A stretch of DNA of 15,440 nucleotides from a bacterium (GTDB taxonomy: Bacteria > SZUA-182 > DTGQ01 > JAFGSM01). Position 1 is the stretch's first letter; each line of letters begins with the position of its first letter. The notes beneath the pieces are model-generated. The model did not search any database, was not told the origin of the DNA, and saw nothing but the letters and a program-made list of their open reading frames with translations. Below are positions 7,502 through 15,440 of the stretch, piece by piece. Where the stretch lies: assembly GCA_049472355.1 (NCBI GenBank), contig JBLIRP010000088.1, positions 1 through 15,440 of the forward strand, given 5' to 3'. A program made the position numbers and the translations under genes.

Positions 7502-8485
7502 ATGAGAACCTGCGTACTTCATCGAAAAGGTCCTGGCGAAGGGACCATGGTCCTCCTCTGGGGAATGCTGTTTATAGGCGCCTTGCTCTGCGTCCCACCT
7601 TCCGGATTTTCACAGTCCGTCCCACCCCCTTTTAGATATTCATACCGTTTCGGTTTCCCCACCAATAAGGGGGAGGGGGAACGGGCCATCGGCAAACCGC
7701 GCACCCTGGCAATCAACTCCACCGGCCAGGTGTACGTGGTGGTGCCGTATGCAAAGGAGGTGCGCGCCTATTCCCCGCAGGGGGGGTATCTCTTTTCATT
7801 CGGGCAAAAAAAAACAGGGGAACAGGAACGGGGGACCTTTTCGGAGCCCTCCGGCATCACCATCGATACAAGGGACGTCATTTACATAAGCGATCTTGAT
7901 CGGGATATGGTCCTTATGTTCAATCCGGACGGGACATTCATCGGGGAGTTTCCCCTTTTCCAGCCCAAGGGGAAGCCGGATGCCTGCGCCCCGTTCATTC
8001 AATACAATCCACACAAGAACCTCCTCTATATCCCTGATTCCTGCACCCACCGGGTGGGCATCTACACCCCGAAGGGGGAATTCATCATCTCGTTCGGAGA
8101 CATGGGCACGGAACTGGGGGCATTCGGCGGGCCCGCCAATTGCGCCGTTAACAGTGACGGCGAGGTCTATGTGGTTGATCCGGGGAATTTCAGGGTCCAA
8201 CGATTCTCACCCAATCACCAGCCGATTGATGCCTTCGGGGTCAAAGGGACCAAGGAGGGGGAATTCGTCAGGCCATACGATATTGGCATAGATTCTGCAG
8301 GAAGGGTATACGTGAGTGATTTCGTCCTGAAGGCGATTCAGGTCTTCGGAAGGACCGGAAGGTTCATGGGGATCATCCAGGAAAAGGATTTCGATGAACC
8401 CCTGGGGATCGCCTGTTCTCGCGAAGGCAGGGTTTACATCGTAGACGGGAGGGGACAAAAGGTCCATGTCTTCCAGATCGATTAG
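7502..8485 (+). CDS. Exported NHL-repeat beta-propeller protein
   Basis: Hydrophobic N-terminal segment (VLLWGMLFIGALLCV) and canonical NHL repeats (GTFSEPSGITIDTRDVIYISD; GEFVRPYDIGIDSAGRVYVSDF; FDEPLGIACSREGRVYIVD). Alternative start at 7547. Overlaps the next gene by 20 nt. Confidence 0.9.
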   Translation: MRTCVLHRKGPGEGTMVLLWGMLFIGALLCVPPSGFSQSVPPPFRYSYRFGFPTNKGEGERAIGKPRTLAINSTGQVYVVVPYAKEVRAYSPQGGYLFSFGQKKTGEQERGTFSEPSGITIDTRDVIYISDLDRDMVLMFNPDGTFIGEFPLFQPKGKPDACAPFIQYNPHKNLLYIPDSCTHRVGIYTPKGEFIISFGDMGTELGAFGGPANCAVNSDGEVYVVDPGNFRVQRFSPNHQPIDAFGVKGTKEGEFVRPYDIGIDSAGRVYVSDFVLKAIQVFGRTGRFMGIIQEKDFDEPLGIACSREGRVYIVDGRGQKVHVFQID

Positions 8486-11400
8486 TCGCTGCATCACCGG
8501 GGTGCTGGTGTGCCTCATCGTGGGATTCATCGCAGCCGTGCCCCCGGCGTATGGGTTCAACGGCCCGCATATCCTGGGCACGAATCCCTGTGATGTATGC
8601 CACATCCCCCACAATGCGGCCGATGACTTGCTGTGGGCGAGAACCACCACCGGCCCCTTTCTGGGTGTGAAGAGACTCTGTGCATCCTGTCACGGGACAG
8701 GGCTGTACGGGGCCAAGGACCGCTTCGGCATATTCGAGGCCCAGGACGATATCACCTATGACCATGTGATGGGAGGCGACGCCTCCATCAACGGCCCGAG
8801 CGTCATCCGCCAGGACTGGGCACCCTTTCCGCTGCGGGATAAGGAGGGCGGAGACGGCTTCTATTGCGGATCGTGCCACGATCCCCACCGGGACCCCTAT
8901 TATCAGGATGAAGACCTGGGAGGGGGGGACTACCTGCGGCAGGAGGCGGAGGGTCTCATAACGACACCCGAAGACAAGGAGACCGCCTTTTGCATCCAGT
9001 GCCACCAGGGGATCATCCCCGGCGATGCTCTCGGACACGGCGCGAAGCAGGGATGCTATGACTGCCACCATCCCCACAGCTCCCCCAATCCGGGCCCGAC
9101 CATCCTTATCTCGGCCCTGGTCCCCTTTACGGCCGTGCCCAATTGCCGCGGTTTCACCGATACCGGGGAGGTCGCCGCCGCCTGTTACGGCTGCCACCAA
9201 CTCGGATCCGGGTTTGACGGCGAGATCGGGGCGCCTCTGGCAGGGGATGATCTGCCTTCGCCGAAGGAACATCATCCCATGGGTAAGGGCGCCGATGCAT
9301 CGACATCCGGGCATCAGCCCACCCAGGCAGGCCCGCTCTCTGCCGCAGGGGAGATCTATTGCGGCACCTGCCATACGGTCCACAACGGGACCAACGACAA
9401 CTACCTCAATGCCGTGGTCAGCATGGATTACGATCCTGCCGATTCGGGCGCCTTCTGCATTGCCTGCCACTCCGACAAGACACTGGATGACCTCGGTCCC
9501 AGAGGTGAAGGACACCATCAAATCACACCATACAATCAATGCCTGTTTTGCCATTCCATCCACAACTCGCCGAATGATCCGGATGCCCTTTACCAGACCG
9601 ATGAGGACGAGGCCACCCAATTCAATTCCTCGGCCTCCGTGGATGTGTTCATGCGGGTTGCCCCGGTGAACCTTGCCTGGTCGGATCAGGTCATGGACAC
9701 CGATGAACGGGATTACGAGGATGCCTGTTACGGGTGCCATGCCGATGACGCTATCGTGGGAAGGGAGTTTTCACTGAACGAGGAAAACGCCCTTCTGCTC
9801 GATAATGTCAGGGATGATTATTTCTCCCATCGATTCAATGCAACGCCCTCCCCTGCCATCAAGGTGGTGAACACCTACGATGACCGCCTACCCATCGTAT
9901 CGGACGGCAAGGAGACCGAGACGATCACCGACTACGGGGTCGAGGAGGGACATATATGGTGCGGAAGCTGCCACAACGTGCACCTGCAAATCCGTTACTC
10001 TGCGGATATACCCGAGGAATACCAGGATCGACGGTCCGCATACCTGCGGGAGGAGAATTACGGCTCTTCGCTCTGCTACCGGTGTCACCCCTCATACCAC
10101 GAGAATCTCGGGGGCCTGAACCATCCCCAGGACATCCCCCTGGAAGGCGGGGTGCCGCCTCTCTACCATTCGGGCTATAGTGGCGGAACCGGAGGGATCA
10201 CCAACGGGTTGTCCGCATTCGATACCGCGACAGGAACCGTGGTCTGCCAGACCTGTCACAGCGTGCATACGGCACGAACGGACTGGGACGGAGGGGCCAA
10301 CCAGGACGAACTTCTCACCCATGGCACCCTGCTGGTTACACCCCTGGATCAGGGATTCTGTGAGGACTGCCACCCCTTGGTACACGGCGGCGCCGGAGGC
10401 GACTGCTCGATCTGCCATCTGCCCCACAATGGGATCATCCCCTCCGTTGACCCGAACACCCCCTTTATCGCCCTGCCGAACGTTCCTGCAATCAACGATA
10501 ATCTCGAGGACCCGAATAGCCTCTCCTCGGCCATGTGCTACGCCTGCCATCAACCCCAGCACCTGGTGGGGGACGACCTGTGGATACGCTACGGGGCGGC
10601 GCCGGTTTACGGAGACATCATCAAGGGAAGCGAGAATACCGGTCACACAAGAAATCATCACCCCATGGGCGAAGAGGCCCGATTGACCGGCCCCTCCTTC
10701 CTGAGGGCACCGGGAGCGGCCGCCACGCTGTACCTCAATCAAAACCGGGAAATCACCTGTACCTCCTGTCATAATGGGCTCCATGACGGGACCAAGGAAA
10801 ACAATTTCCTGCGCTGGCAATTTGCCGCCACCAACGACCCCCGGAGCACGAACCCCTTGGAGGACAATGCCGTTTTCTGCATTGCCTGCCATTCGGACAA
10901 GAGTGCATCCATGCTCGATGGCAAGCACCGCGTTACACGGGCCGAGTCCTCTGCGCGGAATGTCACCCGGCTGACCTTTGGGGCCTACCAGAATGGAATC
11001 CTCACCGAAAACCAGGTGGGGTGCGCGAACTGTATGTTCTGCCACTTCATCCATGACGGCGAGGAGCGGGTGGGCGAAGGCGTTCCCGGGGGTATTCGTG
11101 CGGATATCGATTCACTCATGAGGATCGCCCCCAAAAACCTTGCCTGGGGGGACAACCCGGGTGATACCGATCTCAGCGATTACGAGGATATGTGCTTCGG
11201 ATGTCACGGTGACCTCCTGATCGTGGGGAACGGGTATGAGGATGCCGCCCTTCTCAAGTGGGCGGATGACGTGCATACCCATCCCTTTGCCTCGCCTCCC
11301 GATCCCAACAATCCTCCCGCCAGGATCATCCGGGCAGGGGGTGATTTTCCTCTGTCCGACGGCGAGGGCACCACAACCGTCAACGACTATGGCACCTCGG

Positions 11401-11849
11401 CAGGCAGCATATATTGCGGAACATGCCACAACGCCCACGACGGCAGGGTCGCTCCCTATCTGAACCACGAACCGGGGGATATGAATCTGTCCCCCTACGC
11501 ACCGTTCGGCTTCTGTGAATACTGCCATGATGCGGCATCGGACCAGCTTCAGTTCGTGCACGACAGCCATCCCATAGACAAGGGTCCCCGTTACCCGGCC
11601 ACCGCCGAAAAATGGCCCGAGCTTTATTTCTCCGGCGGAAGCGGCGCGAAGGGGGGCATTACCGCAGACACGACGGAAACAGGGCATATCATCTGTCTGA
11701 CGTGCCACAATGTTCACGCCGCGGCAACCACATGGCAGGGGGAGGTTTCCACTGACCCGGGTAATACCGGGCACGGGAGGCTTCTGGTCAGGGACAATAT
11801 CGAAAGCACGGAAGGAAGTGATCTGTGTAAGGACTGCCATACATTTTAA
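8466..11849 (+). CDS. Giant multiheme cytochrome c, 24 CxxCH motifs; paralog of the 28-heme protein
   Basis: 24 CxxCH motifs counted, from CDVCH to CKDCH. Signal peptide ending AYG. Mature N-terminus has GPH...CxxCHxPH, as in the paralog. Organised as 14 + 10 hemes. Ends CKDCHTF*. Confidence 0.95.
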   Translation: MSSRSISRCITGVLVCLIVGFIAAVPPAYGFNGPHILGTNPCDVCHIPHNAADDLLWARTTTGPFLGVKRLCASCHGTGLYGAKDRFGIFEAQDDITYDHVMGGDASINGPSVIRQDWAPFPLRDKEGGDGFYCGSCHDPHRDPYYQDEDLGGGDYLRQEAEGLITTPEDKETAFCIQCHQGIIPGDALGHGAKQGCYDCHHPHSSPNPGPTILISALVPFTAVPNCRGFTDTGEVAAACYGCHQLGSGFDGEIGAPLAGDDLPSPKEHHPMGKGADASTSGHQPTQAGPLSAAGEIYCGTCHTVHNGTNDNYLNAVVSMDYDPADSGAFCIACHSDKTLDDLGPRGEGHHQITPYNQCLFCHSIHNSPNDPDALYQTDEDEATQFNSSASVDVFMRVAPVNLAWSDQVMDTDERDYEDACYGCHADDAIVGREFSLNEENALLLDNVRDDYFSHRFNATPSPAIKVVNTYDDRLPIVSDGKETETITDYGVEEGHIWCGSCHNVHLQIRYSADIPEEYQDRRSAYLREENYGSSLCYRCHPSYHENLGGLNHPQDIPLEGGVPPLYHSGYSGGTGGITNGLSAFDTATGTVVCQTCHSVHTARTDWDGGANQDELLTHGTLLVTPLDQGFCEDCHPLVHGGAGGDCSICHLPHNGIIPSVDPNTPFIALPNVPAINDNLEDPNSLSSAMCYACHQPQHLVGDDLWIRYGAAPVYGDIIKGSENTGHTRNHHPMGEEARLTGPSFLRAPGAAATLYLNQNREITCTSCHNGLHDGTKENNFLRWQFAATNDPRSTNPLEDNAVFCIACHSDKSASMLDGKHRVTRAESSARNVTRLTFGAYQNGILTENQVGCANCMFCHFIHDGEERVGEGVPGGIRADIDSLMRIAPKNLAWGDNPGDTDLSDYEDMCFGCHGDLLIVGNGYEDAALLKWADDVHTHPFASPPDPNNPPARIIRAGGDFPLSDGEGTTTVNDYGTSAGSIYCGTCHNAHDGRVAPYLNHEPGDMNLSPYAPFGFCEYCHDAASDQLQFVHDSHPIDKGPRYPATAEKWPELYFSGGSGAKGGITADTTETGHIICLTCHNVHAAATTWQGEVSTDPGNTGHGRLLVRDNIESTEGSDLCKDCHTF

Positions 11850-11879
11850 ATGATGCGGCGGCATTTCGCTTTGTAGTGC

Positions 11880-11943
11880 TGCACAATGACGTATCGCTGT
11901 GCAATCCCCTTCAACCCGTATCGGGGAGGGTGCAATGCGATGC
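11880..11943 (+). other. Imperfect stem-loop(s) between cytochrome 2 and the surface protein gene
   Basis: Nested pairs gtatcgc (11891-11897)/gcgatgc (11937-11943), tgca/tgca, ccttc/gaggg and cccg-tat-cggg. Alternative pairing tgcaca (11880-11885)/tgtgca (11898-11903). No U-tract. Confidence 0.35.
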
Positions 11944-12000
11944 AATACGGTGTAGTGATCAGTAAGAAGGGTTATACGTGAGGCCATGGAGGTGTTGTTA

Positions 12001-15000
12001 ATGGCTCAGGAAGTGTTGGTTCGACCTGCCCGGTGGTGTATCATCACCCTTTGTTCATTCCTGCTTTTTTTCCTCCTTTCATTCGCACGCTGCCCCCACG
12101 CCGGTGCCCAGGGGGACGATGCCCTGGAGGTGAATAACGCGGGGCTGCAGAACGACACCCCCCAGCAGGCCACCCGGATCGATCCGGGCGAATACCCGGG
12201 GCTCATATGCAACGACGCCGACTGGTACCGGGTCAGCATCCCCGCTTCAGGAGGGCTGCATGCGGCAAACCTCAGGGCGCGCATCTCCTTTGACCACACG
12301 ATAGGTGACCTGGACATGGTCCTCTACGACGCAAAAAACCCGGTCACCAGCTACAACTACCTGGACACCTCCACCCTGACCGCCGACGAGGAGGTGGTCT
12401 CCGCATCCATTCCGCCTGGAGACTACCTGATAAAGGTCTACGGCTACCAGGGGGTGCAAAACAGCAGCTACACCCTTACGGTGACCATACGCTATGCCTG
12501 CCAATCCGCCCCGTACGAATGGATCGAGATCGGGGACGAGGGGCAGGTGGTGCCGCTTGCAGACGATGATTCATGGGTCATCCAGGACATCGGGTTCGAT
12601 TTCCCCTTCTTCGGGGGAAGCTACGACCGGGTGGAGGTCTCCTCAAACGGCTACCTCACCTTTGCCGATGAAGCCACCCCCGGCTACAATCCGGCATCAC
12701 CCACCCCGGTGAGCCCCACCCACAAGAACGCACCTGCCGACAGCATCTTCGCCTGTTGGATGAACCTGCGGCCCGACCTGGGGGGAGGGGTGTACTACCG
12801 GGTGGATGATGCGGACCCGGCCTGCAAAAGGCTCGTTATCGAGTGGCGGGACATACCGCTTGATGCCTCCGGTGCGGGGGTCACCTTCCAGGCGGTGCTG
12901 TATGAATGCACCGGCCAGGTCCTCCTCCAGTACAAGGACGTGACCTTCTTGGGACCCGACGACGGCATAAGCCTGGGGGCGGGCGCCACGGTGGGGATAA
13001 ACGACGGGAGAAAGACGGCGCGCAGCGCAAACCGTCTCGGCACCCAGTACCTGTACAGGGAGGCCCTCCTTGCCGATCACATGGCGCTCCTGTTCACCCC
13101 CTCCCTGGATGCAGACCTGCGGGTCCTGCGGACCTTCCCACAGGAAAACGCCGCAGATGTACCGTCAGACCAGGGAATCGAGCTCGTGTTCAGCCAGCAC
13201 CTCGATGCCGCGACAGTTTCCGGGGCGGTCGGCCTGACACCACCGGTGAGCGGCACATGGACCGTGGACGGAAACATCCTCAGATTCTCCCCGGACGGGG
13301 CATCCCTTGAGGGCGGCACCTCCTATGAGGCGGCAATCGACGGCGCCATGCTTCGTGACGTATTCGGCAACACCCTTGCCGGGGGAGCCGATTATATCCT
13401 CTCCTTTCGGACTGGTGAAGGGCCGGGCACCGGTATCACTCCCCTGCCCAATATCGCGGTGGCGCCGTTGCCTGCGGCCCATAATTTTGGCAGCAGAAAC
13501 GTGGGCCAGGCATCCTCGCCATTTATGATCACCCTGTCGAATACCGGGAATGGGTCCCTCGTTGTTTCCGGCATAACACAATCGAATACCGTGGATTTTG
13601 ACCTGGACCTCGCAGCCGGCCCCTACCCTCTCGTATCCGCGAATACCACCATTACATCAAACAGCAGCGGCACGCTCAGCGTTTCCTTTACCCCGAAATC
13701 CGCAGGCACAAAGGCCTTGGTCCTCTCCATCACATCGAACGACCCGGATACACCGACCTTCACCTTCGCATTTCAGGGAATCGGCCTCGACAGCACGCCG
13801 AACATCCAGACATCCCCCGCCTCGCATGCCTTCGGAGGCATCACCGCAGGCGAGGTCTCCGACCCCACTGTTTTCTCAATCACGAACACCGGCAATGCAC
13901 CCCTTGACATCTCATCCATTACCCTCTCCAATACAAACGATTTCACCCTGGATACATCGGGGGGCTCGCAGCCCATAGGGGCAACGCCAATAGTCATTCC
14001 GCCGGATCAGGGCCGCAGCCTCACTATTTCCTTCACCCCGCAGGCTGCCGGTGAAAAGTCGGCCACCCTCACCATCGCCTCAAGCGATCCGGATACCCCA
14101 AGCACCACAATAACGCTTCAGGGAACGGCCGTCGGCCCTTCCTCGCCGCATATGGAGATCTCCCCTGCGAGCGCTCACCACGATTTCGGATACCTGAGGA
14201 TCAACGGCACGCCGGGTATATGTACGATCACCATAACCAATGCCGGAAACGCGGACCTGGTGATCTACACGCTTGCCCTGTCGAACGGGGTCGATTTTTC
14301 CCTGCATGCCTCCGCAGGCGCGCATCCCATCGGGAACGTTCCCACAAGCATTTCTCCGGACGAGTTTCGCACCCTTGCCGTATCGTTCATTCCTCAGGCT
14401 GTGGGAACCGCCGCTGCCACCCTCACCATCACGTCAAATGACCCCGATGTCCCATCCCTCGCCTTTTCCTTTCAGGGCACAGGGACAGACACCGTTGAAG
14501 GCTGGAGCACCTATGGACCGGACACCTGTTTCGGTGCCGATGCCTGCCTGTCAAGCCCAGATGTCACCAGCCTGTTGGACGACCACCACGGCACCCTGTG
14601 GATGGGAACACGGCCTTACACCATGGGCAACCAAACCACGGGAGGGGGGGTGTGCGCCTACAACCGCTCAACCGGGGCGCTCGTATGTCTCGATGAGGAT
14701 GATGGACTTCAGGGAAGCACGGTCATCGATATCGCCATGGGTCCTCAGGGAGCAATCTGGGTCGCCACCGATGCGGATATCGATGGACAGGGCGCAGGGG
14801 TAAGCCGGTATGGGAAAGACGGCACCGTGGTGGGCTTTGGGCCGGAGGAGATTGGTATGGGGCCCGATTGCTGGATCACCGACATCGACGTTGATACCAG
14901 CGGCCATCTCTGGATCGCCACGAGCCTGTGCGGGCTTATCCAATATGATGAAACCGACTGGGTCACCTATAGCACGAGTGGTGAGAATATCTTTGCAGGG

Positions 15001-15440
15001 GAACCTCTCATCATGACCGATGACAGTATCACCGGCATTCTGTGCAGCTCCACGGGTGAATTGTACATCGGAACATGGGCAGAGGGGCTCTTCATCAAGG
15101 CACCGGACGGGAATTCCCGCCATATCGAGGCATCCAGCGCAGGCACCTACATCGCAACCATGGCGGAGGATGCAAGCGGAAACCTTTGGTACTCCTGGAT
15201 GGATGATGAGGCAAACCACCTCGTGTCAATGGCACCCGGAGGCTCCCCCTTTTCCATCGCCATTCCCTCCGGCCTGGCCGCGGGTACCACTATCATCAAC
15301 GACCTTGCGATCGATCCCGCAGCCGGAGATATTCTCATCGCAAGCGACACAGGATTTTACACCTATGACGGACAGGTCTGGACCATGTTTGACGCATCAA
15401 ACAGCGGTCTTGAGTCCTGCGTGGTAAACACCTTTTTCAT
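12001..15440 (+). CDS. Large secreted multidomain surface protein (PPC-like, NIDO-like, Big_5-type Ig, 3x ASH/choice-of-anchor-D-like Ig, Reg_prop-type beta-propeller); 3'-truncated by the window
   Basis: Manual translation gives 1146 codons with no stop. GGAGG lies 8 nt before ATG 12001 (in-frame ATG 11986 also exists). Signal peptide ...FLLFFLLSFARCPHAGA. PPC-like: DADWYRV...GDLDMVLYD...PPGDYLIKVYGY...YTLTV. NIDO-like: DDDS...IGFDFPFFGGSYDRVEVSSNGYLTF...LVIEW...TFQAVLY. Big_5-like: FPQENAADVP...IELVFS...LRFSP...DVFGNTL...SFRTG. Then three Ig repeats, then propeller blades (GTLWMGT, GAIWVAT, GHLWIAT, GELYIGT). Confidence 0.9.
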   Translation, partial: MAQEVLVRPARWCIITLCSFLLFFLLSFARCPHAGAQGDDALEVNNAGLQNDTPQQATRIDPGEYPGLICNDADWYRVSIPASGGLHAANLRARISFDHTIGDLDMVLYDAKNPVTSYNYLDTSTLTADEEVVSASIPPGDYLIKVYGYQGVQNSSYTLTVTIRYACQSAPYEWIEIGDEGQVVPLADDDSWVIQDIGFDFPFFGGSYDRVEVSSNGYLTFADEATPGYNPASPTPVSPTHKNAPADSIFACWMNLRPDLGGGVYYRVDDADPACKRLVIEWRDIPLDASGAGVTFQAVLYECTGQVLLQYKDVTFLGPDDGISLGAGATVGINDGRKTARSANRLGTQYLYREALLADHMALLFTPSLDADLRVLRTFPQENAADVPSDQGIELVFSQHLDAATVSGAVGLTPPVSGTWTVDGNILRFSPDGASLEGGTSYEAAIDGAMLRDVFGNTLAGGADYILSFRTGEGPGTGITPLPNIAVAPLPAAHNFGSRNVGQASSPFMITLSNTGNGSLVVSGITQSNTVDFDLDLAAGPYPLVSANTTITSNSSGTLSVSFTPKSAGTKALVLSITSNDPDTPTFTFAFQGIGLDSTPNIQTSPASHAFGGITAGEVSDPTVFSITNTGNAPLDISSITLSNTNDFTLDTSGGSQPIGATPIVIPPDQGRSLTISFTPQAAGEKSATLTIASSDPDTPSTTITLQGTAVGPSSPHMEISPASAHHDFGYLRINGTPGICTITITNAGNADLVIYTLALSNGVDFSLHASAGAHPIGNVPTSISPDEFRTLAVSFIPQAVGTAAATLTITSNDPDVPSLAFSFQGTGTDTVEGWSTYGPDTCFGADACLSSPDVTSLLDDHHGTLWMGTRPYTMGNQTTGGGVCAYNRSTGALVCLDEDDGLQGSTVIDIAMGPQGAIWVATDADIDGQGAGVSRYGKDGTVVGFGPEEIGMGPDCWITDIDVDTSGHLWIATSLCGLIQYDETDWVTYSTSGENIFAGEPLIMTDDSITGILCSSTGELYIGTWAEGLFIKAPDGNSRHIEASSAGTYIATMAEDASGNLWYSWMDDEANHLVSMAPGGSPFSIAIPSGLAAGTTIINDLAIDPAAGDILIASDTGFYTYDGQVWTMFDASNSGLESCVVNTFF
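13447..14484 (+). repeat. Three tandem ~115-aa ASH / choice-of-anchor-D-like Ig repeats
   Basis: Repeats start near 13447, 13798 and 14146. Each follows P.I...P..H.FG......I(T/S)N.GN..L.....SN..DF.L...G..P.........L..SF.P...G.....L.I.S.DPD.P......QG. Confidence 0.85.

Noticed and set aside
7806..7814. A9 homopolymer in the third NHL gene as a phase-variation site
   Set aside because: The reading frame is intact (QKKT) and nothing else in the sequence points to slippage.
3232..11849. Assignment as a catalytic multiheme enzyme (NrfA, HAO, OTR), as MtrA/DmsE, or use of the symbols omcE/omcS
   Set aside because: No CxxCK motif or enzyme-type spacing, no adjacent porin gene in the window, and much larger than OmcE/OmcS. 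Only unit-level resemblance is supportable.
2198..12110. Lipoprotein signal peptides (Cys in the N-termini: AGRC, ALLC, GVVC, VLVC, FARC)
   Set aside because: None fits a canonical lipobox, and signal peptidase I-like sites follow in most. SignalP would settle this.
2558..15427. Long minus-strand and alternate-frame ORFs (e.g. 3550-4464, 6124-7320, 8373-9740, 10092-11054, 14273-14803, 14668-15219)
   Set aside because: They overlap well-supported plus-strand genes, lack recognisable motifs, and are expected from GC-rich codon bias.
1..15440. CRISPR arrays, tRNA/rRNA genes, transposases, DGR template/variable repeats
   Set aside because: None seen. The repeats are diverged protein-level duplications, and there is no reverse transcriptase or near-identical DNA repeat pair.

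Overview
GC-rich bacterial DNA (Desulfobacterota/Deltaproteobacteria-like by style; inference only). At the left edge a macrodomain (YmdB-like) gene runs off the window on the minus strand; the ORF track missed it. Divergent from it is a plus-strand cluster: NHL propeller, NHL propeller, 28-heme cytochrome c (1387 aa), NHL propeller, 24-heme cytochrome c (1127 aa), and a large secreted multidomain surface protein (>1146 aa, runs off the window, also missed by the ORF track). The main finding is that both giant cytochromes are covalent tandem arrays of a tetraheme unit whose motif order resembles the Geobacter nanowire cytochrome OmcE. The units are grouped as a 14-heme supermodule (4+4+4+2), with one candidate distal His per heme. 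The locus looks like an extracellular or long-range electron transfer system with a 'pre-polymerised' heme wire, exported beta-propeller partners and a possible adhesin. Family assignments come from motif recognition by eye, not from database searches.
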